Source: an uncultured Acidobacteriota bacterium (GTDB lineage Bacteria > Acidobacteriota > Thermoanaerobaculia > Gp7-AA8). Taken from it: a stretch of DNA of 64,000 nucleotides. How positions within the stretch are numbered: the first letter of the stretch is position 1; every line of letters begins with the position of its first letter. Shown piece by piece: positions 46,173 through 58,533 of the stretch. The stretch spans positions 1,408,001 to 1,472,000 of the forward strand of contig CAWGHO010000002.1 of assembly GCA_963822445.1 (NCBI GenBank), given 5' to 3'. The position numbers and the translations under genes are program-made. The notes under the pieces are model-generated. The model had not been told where the DNA came from. It was given only the letters and a program-made list of their open reading frames with translations, and searched no databases.

Positions 46173-48194
46173 ATGAAACGACTTCTCGATTCCATCGAAT
46201 CCCCGCGTGATCTCCGGAAGCTCGATCGCACGCAGCTCCCCCAGGTCGCGCAGGAGATCCGCGACATGATCATCGACGTCGTGTCGAAGGTCGGCGGCCA
46301 TTTCGGCGGAAACCTCGGCATCGTCGAGTTGACCCTGGCCCTGCACTACGTCTTCGACACGCCGCGCGACCAGATCGTCTTCGACACGGGTCACCAGAGC
46401 TATCCGCACAAGCTCATCACCGGCCGCCGCGACACGTTCCACACCATCCGCCAGCACGGCGGGATTTCCGGATTCTGCAAACGGGAAGAGTCCGAGTACG
46501 ACGTCTTCAACGCGGGTCACGCGTCGACGTCGATCTCCGCGTCGCTGGGCATCGCCGTCGCGCGCGATTTCCGCAAAGAGGATTACCGCGTCGTCGGCGT
46601 GATCGGCGACGGTGCGCTGTCAGGCGGTCTGGCGCTGGAAGGCGTCAACCAGGCCGGCCATCTCAAGCGCAAGTTGATGATCGTGTTGAACGACAACGAC
46701 ATGTCGATCTCCACGAACGTCGGCGCGATGTCGGGTTACCTCAACTCGATCATCAAAGGACAGCGCTACGTCCAGCTCAAGGATCTGGCCAAGGGCGTGA
46801 TGGATCGCATCCCTCTCGTCGGCGGCAAGCTGCACGGCATCGCTCACGACATGGAACAGCTCCTCAAGAACATGGTCGTGCCGGGCACGCTGTTCGAGGA
46901 GCTCGGATTCAAATACCTCGGCCCGTACGACGGCCACGATCTCAAGTTCCTCATCGATCTCTTCGAGGAGCATCGCGATTACAACGGCCCGCTCCTGATT
47001 CACGTCATCACCAAGAAGGGGAAGGGCTACACGCCGGCCGAGAACAAGCCGATCTGGTCGCATGGCGTCACGCCGTTCGACATTCCGTCCGGCGAAGTGA
47101 AGAAGTCCGACAAGCCGCAGCCGCCGAGCTACACCGCTGTGTTCGCGGACGCGCTGACGCAGCTGGCGAAAGAAGATCCGAAAGTCGTGGCCATCACCGC
47201 GGCGATGCCGGAAGGCACGGGGCTCGACAAGTTCGCGAAGGTCTTCCCGGAGCGGATGTTCGACGTAGGCATCGCCGAAGAGCATGCGATCACGTTCAGC
47301 GGCGGCATGGCCACGCAGGGATTGAAGCCGGTCGCGGCGATCTACTCGACCTTCCTGCAGCGCGCGTTCGATCAGGTGTTCCACGACGTGGCGATCATGG
47401 ATCTGCCGGTCGTATTCGCGCTCGACCGCGGCGGCATCGCCGGCGCGGACGGCCCGACGCACCACGGCATCTACGACATGGCCTACCTGCGGGTCTTCCC
47501 GAACATGGTCTGCATGGCGCCGAAGGACGAGAACGAGCTGCGGCACATGCTCAAGACCGCGCTGAACTGCGGCCACCCCGCGTCGCTGCGCTACCCGCGC
47601 GGCAACGGGATCGGGGCGAAGCTCGATCCGGAGATCGTCGCGCTGCCGGTTGGTAAGGGCGAGGTGCTGCGCGAGGGTCCTGACGCCACGATCATCGCCA
47701 TCGGCAACGAAGTTTGGCCGTCCTACGAGGCGGCGGAGACACTCGCCAAAGAGAACATTAACGTCACTGTTATCAATGCTCGTTTCATCAAGCCTTTAGA
47801 TGATGAATTGATCAAGAAATACTGCACGCCTAATTCGTACGTCATTACCGTGGAAGAAGGCTCGCTGGCCGGCGGCTTCGGCAGCGCGGTGATGGAACGC
47901 TGCGAACAGCTCGGTCTGCGCGGCGTGAACTTCCACTCCATCGGCATCCCCGACGAGTACGTGCACCACGGCGCGCAGGACGTGCTCCGCGCGCAGTACG
48001 ACCTGCATGCGGAAGGGATCGCGAAGCGGGTGCGGGAGTTTCTCGAAGCAGCTCCCGCGGGGACCGTCGGCGACCTGGCGGCGCTGATACACAAGCACTT
48101 CCATGATGTGCCGGAAGAGGAGTTGCGGAAGTTGCCGGGCTCCGACCGCATCGACGAGGTCGTTTACGGCATCCCAAGCCGCGTCGCGAAGTAA
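46173..48194 (+). CDS. dxs: 1-deoxy-D-xylulose-5-phosphate synthase with ~49-aa antitoxin-like C-terminal extension
   Basis: GHQSYPHK, GDGA, LNDN, KGKGY, IAEEHA, DGPTHHG, RYPRG; extra tail after the usual ...GIAKRVREFL end. Confidence 0.97.
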   Translation: MKRLLDSIESPRDLRKLDRTQLPQVAQEIRDMIIDVVSKVGGHFGGNLGIVELTLALHYVFDTPRDQIVFDTGHQSYPHKLITGRRDTFHTIRQHGGISGFCKREESEYDVFNAGHASTSISASLGIAVARDFRKEDYRVVGVIGDGALSGGLALEGVNQAGHLKRKLMIVLNDNDMSISTNVGAMSGYLNSIIKGQRYVQLKDLAKGVMDRIPLVGGKLHGIAHDMEQLLKNMVVPGTLFEELGFKYLGPYDGHDLKFLIDLFEEHRDYNGPLLIHVITKKGKGYTPAENKPIWSHGVTPFDIPSGEVKKSDKPQPPSYTAVFADALTQLAKEDPKVVAITAAMPEGTGLDKFAKVFPERMFDVGIAEEHAITFSGGMATQGLKPVAAIYSTFLQRAFDQVFHDVAIMDLPVVFALDRGGIAGADGPTHHGIYDMAYLRVFPNMVCMAPKDENELRHMLKTALNCGHPASLRYPRGNGIGAKLDPEIVALPVGKGEVLREGPDATIIAIGNEVWPSYEAAETLAKENINVTVINARFIKPLDDELIKKYCTPNSYVITVEEGSLAGGFGSAVMERCEQLGLRGVNFHSIGIPDEYVHHGAQDVLRAQYDLHAEGIAKRVREFLEAAPAGTVGDLAALIHKHFHDVPEEELRKLPGSDRIDEVVYGIPSRVAK

Positions 48195-48599
48195 ATGCCG
48201 GAGTATTTAGCCGACACCTGGTATTTCGTCGCGCTGGCAAACCGGTTCGATGCCCAACACGCCGCGGCACTCCGTCTGGAGCCACTCGTGGCACGCAACC
48301 GGGTCGTCACGCACGACGGAGTGCTTTCGGAGGTGCTCTCCTTTTTCTCAGGGAGTGGCGCTTTCGGCCGGCAGCGAGCGACGGGTGTTGTTCGCGATGC
48401 ACTTCGGACGTTGCGCGTGCTGCCTGCCGACCGCCGGCTGTTCCTTGCCGCGCTCGATCGCTACGCCGCTCGCCTCGACAAGGAGTACTCCCTCGTCGAT
48501 TGCATGTCGATGGTTCTCATGGAACGACGCGGCACCACCCACGTCCTCACCAACGATCACCACTTCTCCCAGGCCGGTTTCATAGTCGTGAACGGATGA
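48195..48599 (+). CDS. vapC: PIN-domain VapC-family toxin
   Basis: ADT(7), E46, SLVDC, TNDHHF: the four PIN acidic positions are present; ATG directly follows the dxs TAA. Confidence 0.9.
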   Translation: MPEYLADTWYFVALANRFDAQHAAALRLEPLVARNRVVTHDGVLSEVLSFFSGSGAFGRQRATGVVRDALRTLRVLPADRRLFLAALDRYAARLDKEYSLVDCMSMVLMERRGTTHVLTNDHHFSQAGFIVVNG

Positions 48600-49387
48600 A
48601 AAAGCAGCGCCTCGACGTCGTCCTCGTCGAGCGCGGCCTCGTCGACACCCGTTCGAAAGCGCAGTCGCTGATCATGGCCCGGCGCGTTCTCGTGAACGGG
48701 CAGTTCGTCGACAAAGCCGGGGCGACGGTCGCCGCGGATGATGAGGTGACGGTCGCGGAGCTCGAGCATCCCTGGGTCGGGCGCGGGGGGATGAAGCTCG
48801 CTCACGCCCTCGAGGAATTCGCGATCAGCGTCGAAGGCAAGGTCTGCGCGGACATCGGCGCGTCGACCGGCGGATTCACCGACGTGATGCTGCAGAACGG
48901 CGCGAAGAAGGTCTATGCGATCGACGTCGGCTACGGCCAGCTCGACGTGAAGCTCCGCAACGATCCGCGGGTCGTCAATCGGGAGAAGGTCAATGCCCGC
49001 TACCTGCAGACGGACGCATTCGACGAGCCGATCGAATTCGTTTCCATGGATCTCTCCTTCATCTCCCTCACTCTCGTCCTACCCGCGGTCACGCGTTTTC
49101 TTCGCGGCGATCTCGTCGCGCTGATCAAGCCGCAGTTCGAGGTCGGGAAGCACGAGGTCGGAAAGGGCGGCATCGTGCGCGACGAGGTCAAGCGTCAGGC
49201 CGCGGTCGACAATGTCGTCGCGTTCGCCCGCGAGAACGGGTTCGACGTGAAGGGCGTGATCGAGAGTCCGGTGAAGGGTGCGGAAGGGAACGTCGAGTTC
49301 CTCATGTATGCAAGATGCGCCCTTACGGGCGACACTCTAGATACTCCCGCAGCCCCTCCCGCCACGACTCCGGAGCCACTCCCGTGA
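48596..49387 (+). CDS. tlyA: TlyA family rRNA 2'-O-methyltransferase
   Basis: S4-like RLD, DIGASTGGFTD, DVGYGQL, DLSFISL, IKPQFE, GNVEF. Confidence 0.95.
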   Translation: MKKQRLDVVLVERGLVDTRSKAQSLIMARRVLVNGQFVDKAGATVAADDEVTVAELEHPWVGRGGMKLAHALEEFAISVEGKVCADIGASTGGFTDVMLQNGAKKVYAIDVGYGQLDVKLRNDPRVVNREKVNARYLQTDAFDEPIEFVSMDLSFISLTLVLPAVTRFLRGDLVALIKPQFEVGKHEVGKGGIVRDEVKRQAAVDNVVAFARENGFDVKGVIESPVKGAEGNVEFLMYARCALTGDTLDTPAAPPATTPEPLP

Positions 49388-50153
49388 CCCGCTCGTAGCG
49401 CTCCGTCGAAAGCACCGAGTACGCCGGTCGTTTCGCGGGTCGCGGAAACTCATCGCTGGTCACAGGTTTCACCGGCTGATCGCCCGCGATCGCGACCGCG
49501 AAGTCGTACCACGAGCACTCGTCCTCATCGGCGTAATGCACAAGTCCGCGAACATCGGCGATGGCCAGCCGGATGATCGCGTTCGCGAGATGCGGCGTGT
49601 ACGTCGGCCGGCCGCGCTGATCGGAAACGACCCGCAGCGGATTCGTCCCTTTGCGCACCTGATTGCGGATCGCTTCGACGAAATTCGGACCATGAACGCC
49701 GAACAGCCACGAGGTCCGGACGATCAAATGCCGGTCCGCATGCGTCGCCGCGAGCTCGCCGAGCAGTTTCGAACGGCCGTATGCCGACAGCGGATTGGTG
49801 GCATCGGTGACTTCGTACGGCTCGCGTTTCGTCCCGTCGAACACGAAGTCGGTCGAGATCTGTACCAGCAGCGCGCCGTTCGCATTCGCGGCCGCGGCGA
49901 GCAATTCGACCGACGAGCCGTTGATCGCGTTCGCGGCGCTCTCTTCCGACTCGGCCTGATCGACCTTCGTGTAAGCCGCACAGTTCACGATGATCGACGG
50001 CGCATGCTCTGCGACGCACGCGTTCACCGCGCGGGAGTCGGTGATGTCGAGATCGGTGCGGGAAAGCGCGGCGACGTGCTCGCCGCGGTTGACGAGCTCT
50101 GCGTGAAGGTCGGTGCCGACCATGCCGCCGGCACCGGTAATCAGCCAATTCAC
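49323..50153 (-). CDS. rfbD: dTDP-4-dehydrorhamnose reductase
   Basis: GAGGMVG, AAYTKVD, STDFVFDG, YGRSK, DQRGRPT. Confidence 0.95.
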   Translation of the reverse strand: MNWLITGAGGMVGTDLHAELVNRGEHVAALSRTDLDITDSRAVNACVAEHAPSIIVNCAAYTKVDQAESEESAANAINGSSVELLAAAANANGALLVQISTDFVFDGTKREPYEVTDATNPLSAYGRSKLLGELAATHADRHLIVRTSWLFGVHGPNFVEAIRNQVRKGTNPLRVVSDQRGRPTYTPHLANAIIRLAIADVRGLVHYADEDECSWYDFAVAIAGDQPVKPVTSDEFPRPAKRPAYSVLSTERYERVTGVAPESWREGLREYLECRP

Positions 50154-50348
50154 TTAAGCGGTCTTGTCGTCCGACGCCTTCGGCAGCGCCTTGTCGTCTT
50201 TGCCCTTGCTCAGGCCGTCGCGGAAGTTGGAGATCCCTTCGCCGAGGCCCTTCCCGAGCTGGGGCAGCTTGCTGGCGCCGAAAATCACGACCACGATGAC
50301 GAGAATGACGAGAAGTTCCGGCAGTCCAAACGGTCCGAACATCAACAT
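50154..50348 (-). CDS. tatA: Twin-arginine translocase TatA/E
   Basis: [25 protein letters not shown]; AGGAGG SD. Confidence 0.93.
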   Translation of the reverse strand: MLMFGPFGLPELLVILVIVVVIFGASKLPQLGKGLGEGISNFRDGLSKGKDDKALPKASDDKTA

Positions 50349-50443
50349 TGAGAGCCTCCTGAGGCGTTCACGAGTGTATCCGAAACAGCGCGGCGCGCGG
50401 ATGCGTTCCACCCGAACCGCGCTTGTTAAGATGCGGCCTCCAC

Positions 50444-52743
<2,300 letters not shown>

Positions 52744-52747
<4 letters not shown>

Positions 52748-52884
52748 CGAAGAAACGAATCGTCGATAACCGCAACCGGCCCGCGCAACCGGAGCCCGGT
52801 GAAGACGAAGCGGTGGAAAAGCCCCCTCGGATTCGCGAGCAGGGAACGAAGCCCACGCCGGTCACCAACAAGAAGAAGCGCTGA
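52744..52884 (+). CDS. Putative 46-aa charged hydrophilic peptide
   Basis: ATGA overlap with the pcrA stop; MTKKRIVDNRNRPAQPEPGEDEAVEKPPRIREQGTKPTPVTNKKKR. Confidence 0.45.
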
Positions 52885-52976
52885 TGGAGTGCGGCGGCTC
52901 TGCCACCGCTTTCAAACGCGCCGGAGGCGCGCTCCGCGCGCTGTCAAAGCGGCAGCAGAGCTGCCGCACTCCATCA
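52882..52976. repeat. REPIN-like palindrome (TGATGGAGTGCGGCGGCTCTGCCACCGCTTT ... AAAGCGGCAGCAGAGCTGCCGCACTCCATCA)
   Basis: 31-nt inverted arms between convergent ORFs. Confidence 0.9.
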
Positions 52977-54833
52977 CGACTTACTCGTTGCCCGCCGCCG
53001 CCGTTGATGCAGCCGGTCGATCAGCTTCGTCGCCGAGCGCACCTGCTCGAGGATCTTCTCCTCGAGGCCCGCGCCCTTGGTCTTGAAGCTCTTCGCGCGG
53101 CGGAACACCTGCCGCGCGCGATCCTTCTCGCCGCTCTCCAGCAGGGCCATTCCCAGGTGCATGAGGTTCGTTGCTGTCGGTCCGAGGTCGGCCGACTTGG
53201 AGAGGAAGTCGACGGCGTTCTTGAACTCGCGGCGCTTGAAGTGCACCCAGCCCAACGCCGCCAGCGGGAACTGCCGCAGCTCCTTCGGCGAGTAACGAAG
53301 CGCGAGCTGCGCGCTTTCGAGGGCCTCGTCGAGCGACTCCTCCATCTCCGCGAGGTTGTACGCCTTCTCGTAGTAGGCGATCGACTTCGCGTAGTTGGAC
53401 GTGTAGTCCTTCAGCATCTGTTCGAGCGCGCGGTTCGCTTCCTTGAAGTTGCCTTCCGCGCGCAGTGCTTCGACCAGCGTCGTGTACGCCGCCGCGGCGA
53501 CCATCTCCGCCGGTTTGTGCCGTAGCACGCGCCGCGCGATCTCGATCGCCTCGGAATTCATCTCCAGATGCGAACAAAGCAACGCGTACGGCAGCAGGAC
53601 ATTGATGTTGTCGGGCTCCGCCTCGGCCGCACGGCGATAGTGATCGATGGCCTCCGCGTACTTGCCTTCCGCGGCCAGCGTTTCCGCCTGACTGACGACC
53701 TGCGCGGCCGGACCTTCAACCGGCACGTGGCCGGAGATGCCTTCGTAAATCCGAACGGCCTGCTGGTACTCCATCTTGTTCGGGTTGAGCTCGAGCGCTT
53801 CCTGGAAGCACTCGATCGCTTTGCGGTTCCAGTTGCGATCGAGATAGCAGAGGCCGAGGTGGTAGATCGCTTCTTCGTAATCCGGATCGAGCTTCAGCGC
53901 GGCCTGGAACGAACGGATGGCCCGCTCGAGCTGGCCTTTCTCGTAAAAGATCGTTCCGAGCAGGTAGTACGCCTGGGGGATGGCCTCGAGCTGAATCGCT
54001 TTTTCGAGGAACTTCTGCGCGCGGAGCAGCTTTCCTTTGCGGGCGTAAATCGCGCCGAGGGAGAAGTAGGGGAGGAACGACTCCTGGGAGATCTGAATCG
54101 CGCGGCGCAGCCAGCGCTCGGCGCCTTTCAGGTCCTGCCGTTCGTGCAGCAGCACGCCGTAGAACACGGCGGCGTCGAAATGATCGGGTTGCACTTCGAT
54201 CGTCCGCTCGAGATAGGCCTTGGCGCGATCGAGATTGCCGTCGTTGAAGAACATCTCGCCGAGGAAGAAGGAGAGCTCGTAGTTGTCGCGATCGAGGCGG
54301 AAGGCTTCCTCGAGATGCTTGATGCCGCGCTCGGGATCGAATCCGTCGAACGCCGCTTCGGCATCGGCGACGAGCACGAGAAAGCGCTCGCGCTTCTCGC
54401 CGCGGAACAGCGAGACCATGCGGTCCTTGCGCTCGACGAAGCGCTGCTTCTTTTCGAGAGCGAGCATCTGCTCGCCCATCTTCGATTCCCACAGCTCGAC
54501 CACCTCATCGGAGGTGAGCATGTTCTTCTTCTCGAGCAGCTCTTTGACGGAGAGAAGGCCGGTTTGATTGATGAAGATCGCGCGCTCGTGCTTCTGCACG
54601 GCGTCTACGAGCGAGCGGATGGTCTCCGCGGAACGCTTGACGATCTCCTCGATCGCGGACACGCGCTCGAGCAGGTGCTCGTCGAGCGATAAGTCCTCTT
54701 CCTCGGACTCGTACTCATCCAGTTCGTCTTCTTCGAACGACGTGAGGCCGGAGAGCACGAGGAGCTTGTTCTGGCAGCGATAGCAGAACTCGCGGTCGTC
54801 TTCGTTGAACGCGCTGCAGGTCTGGCAAAGCAT
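52974..54833 (-). CDS. TPR protein with N-terminal zinc ribbon and acidic/coiled-coil segment
   Basis: CxxC-x10-CxxC, poly-acidic stretch, many TPR motifs. Confidence 0.85.
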   Translation of the reverse strand: MLCQTCSAFNEDDREFCYRCQNKLLVLSGLTSFEEDELDEYESEEEDLSLDEHLLERVSAIEEIVKRSAETIRSLVDAVQKHERAIFINQTGLLSVKELLEKKNMLTSDEVVELWESKMGEQMLALEKKQRFVERKDRMVSLFRGEKRERFLVLVADAEAAFDGFDPERGIKHLEEAFRLDRDNYELSFFLGEMFFNDGNLDRAKAYLERTIEVQPDHFDAAVFYGVLLHERQDLKGAERWLRRAIQISQESFLPYFSLGAIYARKGKLLRAQKFLEKAIQLEAIPQAYYLLGTIFYEKGQLERAIRSFQAALKLDPDYEEAIYHLGLCYLDRNWNRKAIECFQEALELNPNKMEYQQAVRIYEGISGHVPVEGPAAQVVSQAETLAAEGKYAEAIDHYRRAAEAEPDNINVLLPYALLCSHLEMNSEAIEIARRVLRHKPAEMVAAAAYTTLVEALRAEGNFKEANRALEQMLKDYTSNYAKSIAYYEKAYNLAEMEESLDEALESAQLALRYSPKELRQFPLAALGWVHFKRREFKNAVDFLSKSADLGPTATNLMHLGMALLESGEKDRARQVFRRAKSFKTKGAGLEEKILEQVRSATKLIDRLHQRRRRATSKS

Positions 54834-54861
54834 GGTGTTGTGGCGGATTAGAACACGTTGT

Positions 54862-55710
54862 CTAGCGTGAGTATTCGTAGAAGCCGCGGCCGCTCTTTTT
54901 GCCCAGCCAGCCGGCGTCGACCATCTTCACGAGGAGCGGACAGGGCCGGTATTTCGGATCGCCGAATCCCTGCTCCAGGACGCGCAGAATGGCCAGGCAG
55001 ACGTCGAGTCCGATGAAGTCGGCGAGCGTGAGCGGACCCATCGGGTGATTCATGCCGAGCTTCATCACGCCGTCGATGGCCTCGCGCGTGGCGACGCCTT
55101 CGTACAACGAGAAAATGGCCTCGTTGATCATCGGCATCAGCACGCGATTGGAGATGAAACCGGGGTAATCATTCACCTCGATCGCCGTCTTGCCCATCCG
55201 CCTGGCCAGGTCCTCGACCTTCTGCCAGGTCTCGTCCGATGTGGCAATGCCGCGAATGACTTCCACGAGGGTCATCACCGGAACGGGATTCATGAAATGC
55301 ATGCCGATCACTTTGTCCGGCCGTTTCGTGGCCGCGGCGATTTTGGTGATCGAGATCGAGGATGTGTTCGAGGCGAGGATGCAGTCGGCTTTGGTGATTT
55401 CGTCGAGCTTCGCGAAAAGCTCGGTCTTGGCCTCGACCTTTTCGATGATGGCTTCGATGACGATGTCCGCATCGGCGATCGTCGCGATGTCCGTGGTGGG
55501 CTTGATGCGCGCCACGATCGCGTCGCGCTCGTCGGCGGTCATTTTTCCCTTGTCCACGCCGCGCTGGAGGTTCGAGGTGATGGTCGACACCGCGCGGCTC
55601 AGTAAGGAATCGGTTACATCTACGAGCGTCACGTCGAAGCCGGTCGCGGCTGCTGTATGAGCAATCCCGTTACCCATCGTTCCGCCGCCGATGACGACGA
55701 TGTTTTTCAT
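54862..55710 (-). CDS. hbd: 3-hydroxybutyryl-CoA dehydrogenase
   Basis: [35 protein letters not shown]. Confidence 0.93.
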   Translation of the reverse strand: MKNIVVIGGGTMGNGIAHTAAATGFDVTLVDVTDSLLSRAVSTITSNLQRGVDKGKMTADERDAIVARIKPTTDIATIADADIVIEAIIEKVEAKTELFAKLDEITKADCILASNTSSISITKIAAATKRPDKVIGMHFMNPVPVMTLVEVIRGIATSDETWQKVEDLARRMGKTAIEVNDYPGFISNRVLMPMINEAIFSLYEGVATREAIDGVMKLGMNHPMGPLTLADFIGLDVCLAILRVLEQGFGDPKYRPCPLLVKMVDAGWLGKKSGRGFYEYSR

Positions 55711-55755
55711 AGGCGGCGGACTGTATCGTAAGATCATCAGTCCCGGAGCGTCGGA

Positions 55756-56976
55756 ATGGCCAAGAAATGCTTCATGTGCGGTCGCGATGTCACGGAGGGA
55801 ATCCTCTGTGAGAAGTGCGACAAGCCTCGGAAGAAGAGCGGCGCGACGCCTTCGGTCGAAGCTTCCGATTCGGAGAGTCCGCGCAAGACGGCGCCGCATC
55901 CGCCCGCTCCATCCCAGTCGCAGCCGCGGGCCAGTGCCGCAACGGCGCCGGCGATCGAGCCCGATCCATTTCCCAAAGCGCCGATCATCAATTTCCCGGT
56001 CGAGTCCGCGTCGCCGGCAATCACCAGCGTCGTCAATCTCCTCGTGGCATCGGGAGTTGCGTGCGTGCTGCTCGGTCCCGATCGCGCGGTGAAGTTCGTC
56101 TCCGATGAATCGCGCCGCATCTTCGACACGCCGCATTCCGAGCTCGCGAATCTCACCACTGTCGAAGCGAAAGCCGGAATCCGCGTCGGCGACCTGAGCG
56201 TGCCCACCACGGCCGGCGTGCGCATCGGAAGCCGCAATTTCATTTACTCGCTCGTCCCGATGTCCGGTGGCGCGTCGGGCGCGGTCCTCGTGTTCCGCCA
56301 CGCCGATCCGATGAACGAAGCGCACGCGTCGTTCGTCACGTACGTGCGCGAGACGGTGCTCGGGCCGTTGCGCGCGATCCGCGAGTCTTTGCGCGCCGCG
56401 GGACGCTCGCGCGGCGATCATTTCCTCGACGACACCGCGGCCGGCATCGATCAGGTGCTGTCGTCGCTGGAGCTCGCGCCGGAAGTGGAAGAAGCCGCGT
56501 TCAGCGCGCGGCCCGTACCGACGGTCACCGAAGTCGTCCGCCGTGTTGCCGATCGCTTCCGTGCGTACGCCGATCTGAAGGGCATCACGCTGCAGGTCGA
56601 CGTGCAGGAGCTGGAGGAGCGCTTCTCTGATCACGATCAGCTCGCAGATGCGCTGGCCATCCTCATGGAGAACGCGCTGCACTACGTTCCCGGCGCGGGC
56701 CAGGTGGTGATCGGCGTGCGCTGGATGGAGCACAAAAACAAGCCGCTGCTGCTGTTCTTCGTGATGGACAACGGTCCGGTGGTTCCGGAGGCGTTGCGCA
56801 CGGCGATCTTCGAGCCGTCGTTCGCCTGGAACCCGCAATCGCAGGAACGCACCGGCCGCGGTCTTTTCAAATGCCGCGAATTTGCCGTTGCGCACGCGGG
56901 TTCTGTGTGGGTCGAATCCAAGACCGGCAAGGCCTGCACGTTCTTCATGCGTGTGCGTCCTGACGGCGTCCGCTGA
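55756..56976 (+). CDS. Zinc-ribbon + PAS-like + HATPase protein lacking the phospho-His (pseudo histidine kinase)
   Basis: CFMC...CEKC; ENALHY, DNGP, IFEP, GRGL; the H-box position reads [10 protein letters not shown]. Confidence 0.75.
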   Translation: MAKKCFMCGRDVTEGILCEKCDKPRKKSGATPSVEASDSESPRKTAPHPPAPSQSQPRASAATAPAIEPDPFPKAPIINFPVESASPAITSVVNLLVASGVACVLLGPDRAVKFVSDESRRIFDTPHSELANLTTVEAKAGIRVGDLSVPTTAGVRIGSRNFIYSLVPMSGGASGAVLVFRHADPMNEAHASFVTYVRETVLGPLRAIRESLRAAGRSRGDHFLDDTAAGIDQVLSSLELAPEVEEAAFSARPVPTVTEVVRRVADRFRAYADLKGITLQVDVQELEERFSDHDQLADALAILMENALHYVPGAGQVVIGVRWMEHKNKPLLLFFVMDNGPVVPEALRTAIFEPSFAWNPQSQERTGRGLFKCREFAVAHAGSVWVESKTGKACTFFMRVRPDGVR

Positions 56977-57464
56977 TGCGCTCCCTGGCCCTGGTTCTCC
57001 TGCTCGCCGCGCCCCCCGTTTTTGCGACGGATGCGAACGAGATCAACGTCCAGAACGTGATCGCGTTGATGAACGAATACCGCGCGCAGCAGAATCTCTC
57101 TCCGTTGCGCGAAGACCCGCGTCTGACCCAGGCCGCGCGCGACCGCGTGCGGCACATGGAGGAGCTGGCCTACTGGAGTCACGAGGCGCCGGACGGCATG
57201 TCCCCGTTCGTCTGGTTGTCTGCTCGCGACTATCCGTACTGGACCGCCGGCGAAAATCTCGCCTCCGGATTCGAGACCGCGGGGCTGCTGGTGGAGTCGT
57301 GGATGGAGTCCCGCGGTCACCGCGAGAACATCATGGCCGACAAGTTCGAGGACTGCGGCATCGCCATCATCGACGGCACGACTACGGGACCCGGCAACGG
57401 CAAGTCAGTAGTGGTGTTGTTCGGCGCGACGCGGTCGCCGGACCGGGCCTCTAAACAACCTTGA
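56976..57464 (+). CDS. CAP (SCP/YkwD-like) domain secreted protein
   Basis: Signal peptide; N..R, SH, GENLA, WMES.GHRENI. Confidence 0.9.
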   Translation: MRSLALVLLLAAPPVFATDANEINVQNVIALMNEYRAQQNLSPLREDPRLTQAARDRVRHMEELAYWSHEAPDGMSPFVWLSARDYPYWTAGENLASGFETAGLLVESWMESRGHRENIMADKFEDCGIAIIDGTTTGPGNGKSVVVLFGATRSPDRASKQP

Positions 57465-58533
57465 TCCCCTGGTCCACATCCCGCGACCAGCGCTGCATCC
57501 CCCCAACCAGATTCTTCACCCGCGTGTAGCCCTGTGAGGCGAGGTATTGCCGTGCGCGCTCGCTGCGGCCGCCGGAGCGGCAGATCATGACCACTTCTTT
57601 GTCGCGGGGGATGTCGTCGAGGCGCGTGGGGACCTGGCCGAGGGGGATGTGCGTCGCCTGCTCGACGTGGCCGGCGTTCCATTCGTGCGGCTCGCGCACG
57701 TCGACCAGAACGACGTCCGCGCCGCCGGCGATTTTCTCCGCTACTTCGGCCGGAGTGATGTCGGTTTCATGCATCGGGTTGCAGAACTCCTCATAGTCGA
57801 TGAGCTTCGTGATGGGCGGATGCTGCTCGCATCGCCGCGGGACTTTCATCGTGCGGAACGTCATCCGCAACGCATCGAACAACAGCAGCCGTCCTGCCAG
57901 AGTCTCGCCCGCACCGGTCAGCAGTTTGATGGCTTCGGTCGCCTGAATCGTGCCGACGACGCCGGGGAGGACGCCGAGGACTCCGCCTTCCGCGCAGGAT
58001 GGGACGAGGCCGGGCGGCGGCGGATCGGGATAGAGGCAGCGATAGCAGGGACCATCTTTCGTCGAGAAGACTGAAGCCTGGCCTTCCCAGCGGAAGATCG
58101 AGCCGTAGACATTCGGCTTGCCGAGAATCACGCAGGCGTCGTTGACGAGATAGCGCGTGGCGAAGTTGTCCGTGCCGTCGATGACGATGTCGTAGCTCGC
58201 GAGAATCTCCAGCGCGTTATCCGACATGAGCGGCGCGTTATGCGTTTCGATCTTCACATCAGAGTTGAGGTCTTCCAGCCGTTCGCGCGCGGCTTCGAGC
58301 TTCGGCCGGCCGACGGAGGACGTGCCGTAGAGAATCTGCCGGTGAAGATTGGTAACGTCGACGCGGTCGAAATCCACCAGTCCGATGCGTCCGACACCCG
58401 CGGCCGCGAGATAAAGCGAGGTGGGACTGCCGAGACCTCCGGCGCCGACGATGAGCACCGAGGATTCGAGCAGCTTGCGCTGGCCGGCCTCGCCGATCTC
58501 AGGCAACGTGACCTGGCGGGTGTAGCGACTTAC
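57451..58533 (-). CDS. moeB: MoeB/ThiF adenylyltransferase fused to rhodanese (MoeZ-like); start non-canonical or TTG at 58506
   Basis: RYTRQ, GAGGLG, TNLHRQ, DNF, CYRC, SCAEGGV; DVRE..E...GH, CRSGGRS. Confidence 0.92.
   Translation of the reverse strand, partial: VSRYTRQVTLPEIGEAGQRKLLESSVLIVGAGGLGSPTSLYLAAAGVGRIGLVDFDRVDVTNLHRQILYGTSSVGRPKLEAARERLEDLNSDVKIETHNAPLMSDNALEILASYDIVIDGTDNFATRYLVNDACVILGKPNVYGSIFRWEGQASVFSTKDGPCYRCLYPDPPPPGLVPSCAEGGVLGVLPGVVGTIQATEAIKLLTGAGETLAGRLLLFDALRMTFRTMKVPRRCEQHPPITKLIDYEEFCNPMHETDITPAEVAEKIAGGADVVLVDVREPHEWNAGHVEQATHIPLGQVPTRLDDIPRDKEVVMICRSGGRSERARQYLASQGYTRVKNLVGGMQRWSRDVDQGIKVV

Noticed and set aside
49323-49387. 65-nt convergent overlap of tlyA and rfbD
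   Set aside because: Low-complexity run-on tail; short convergent overlaps recur in this compact region
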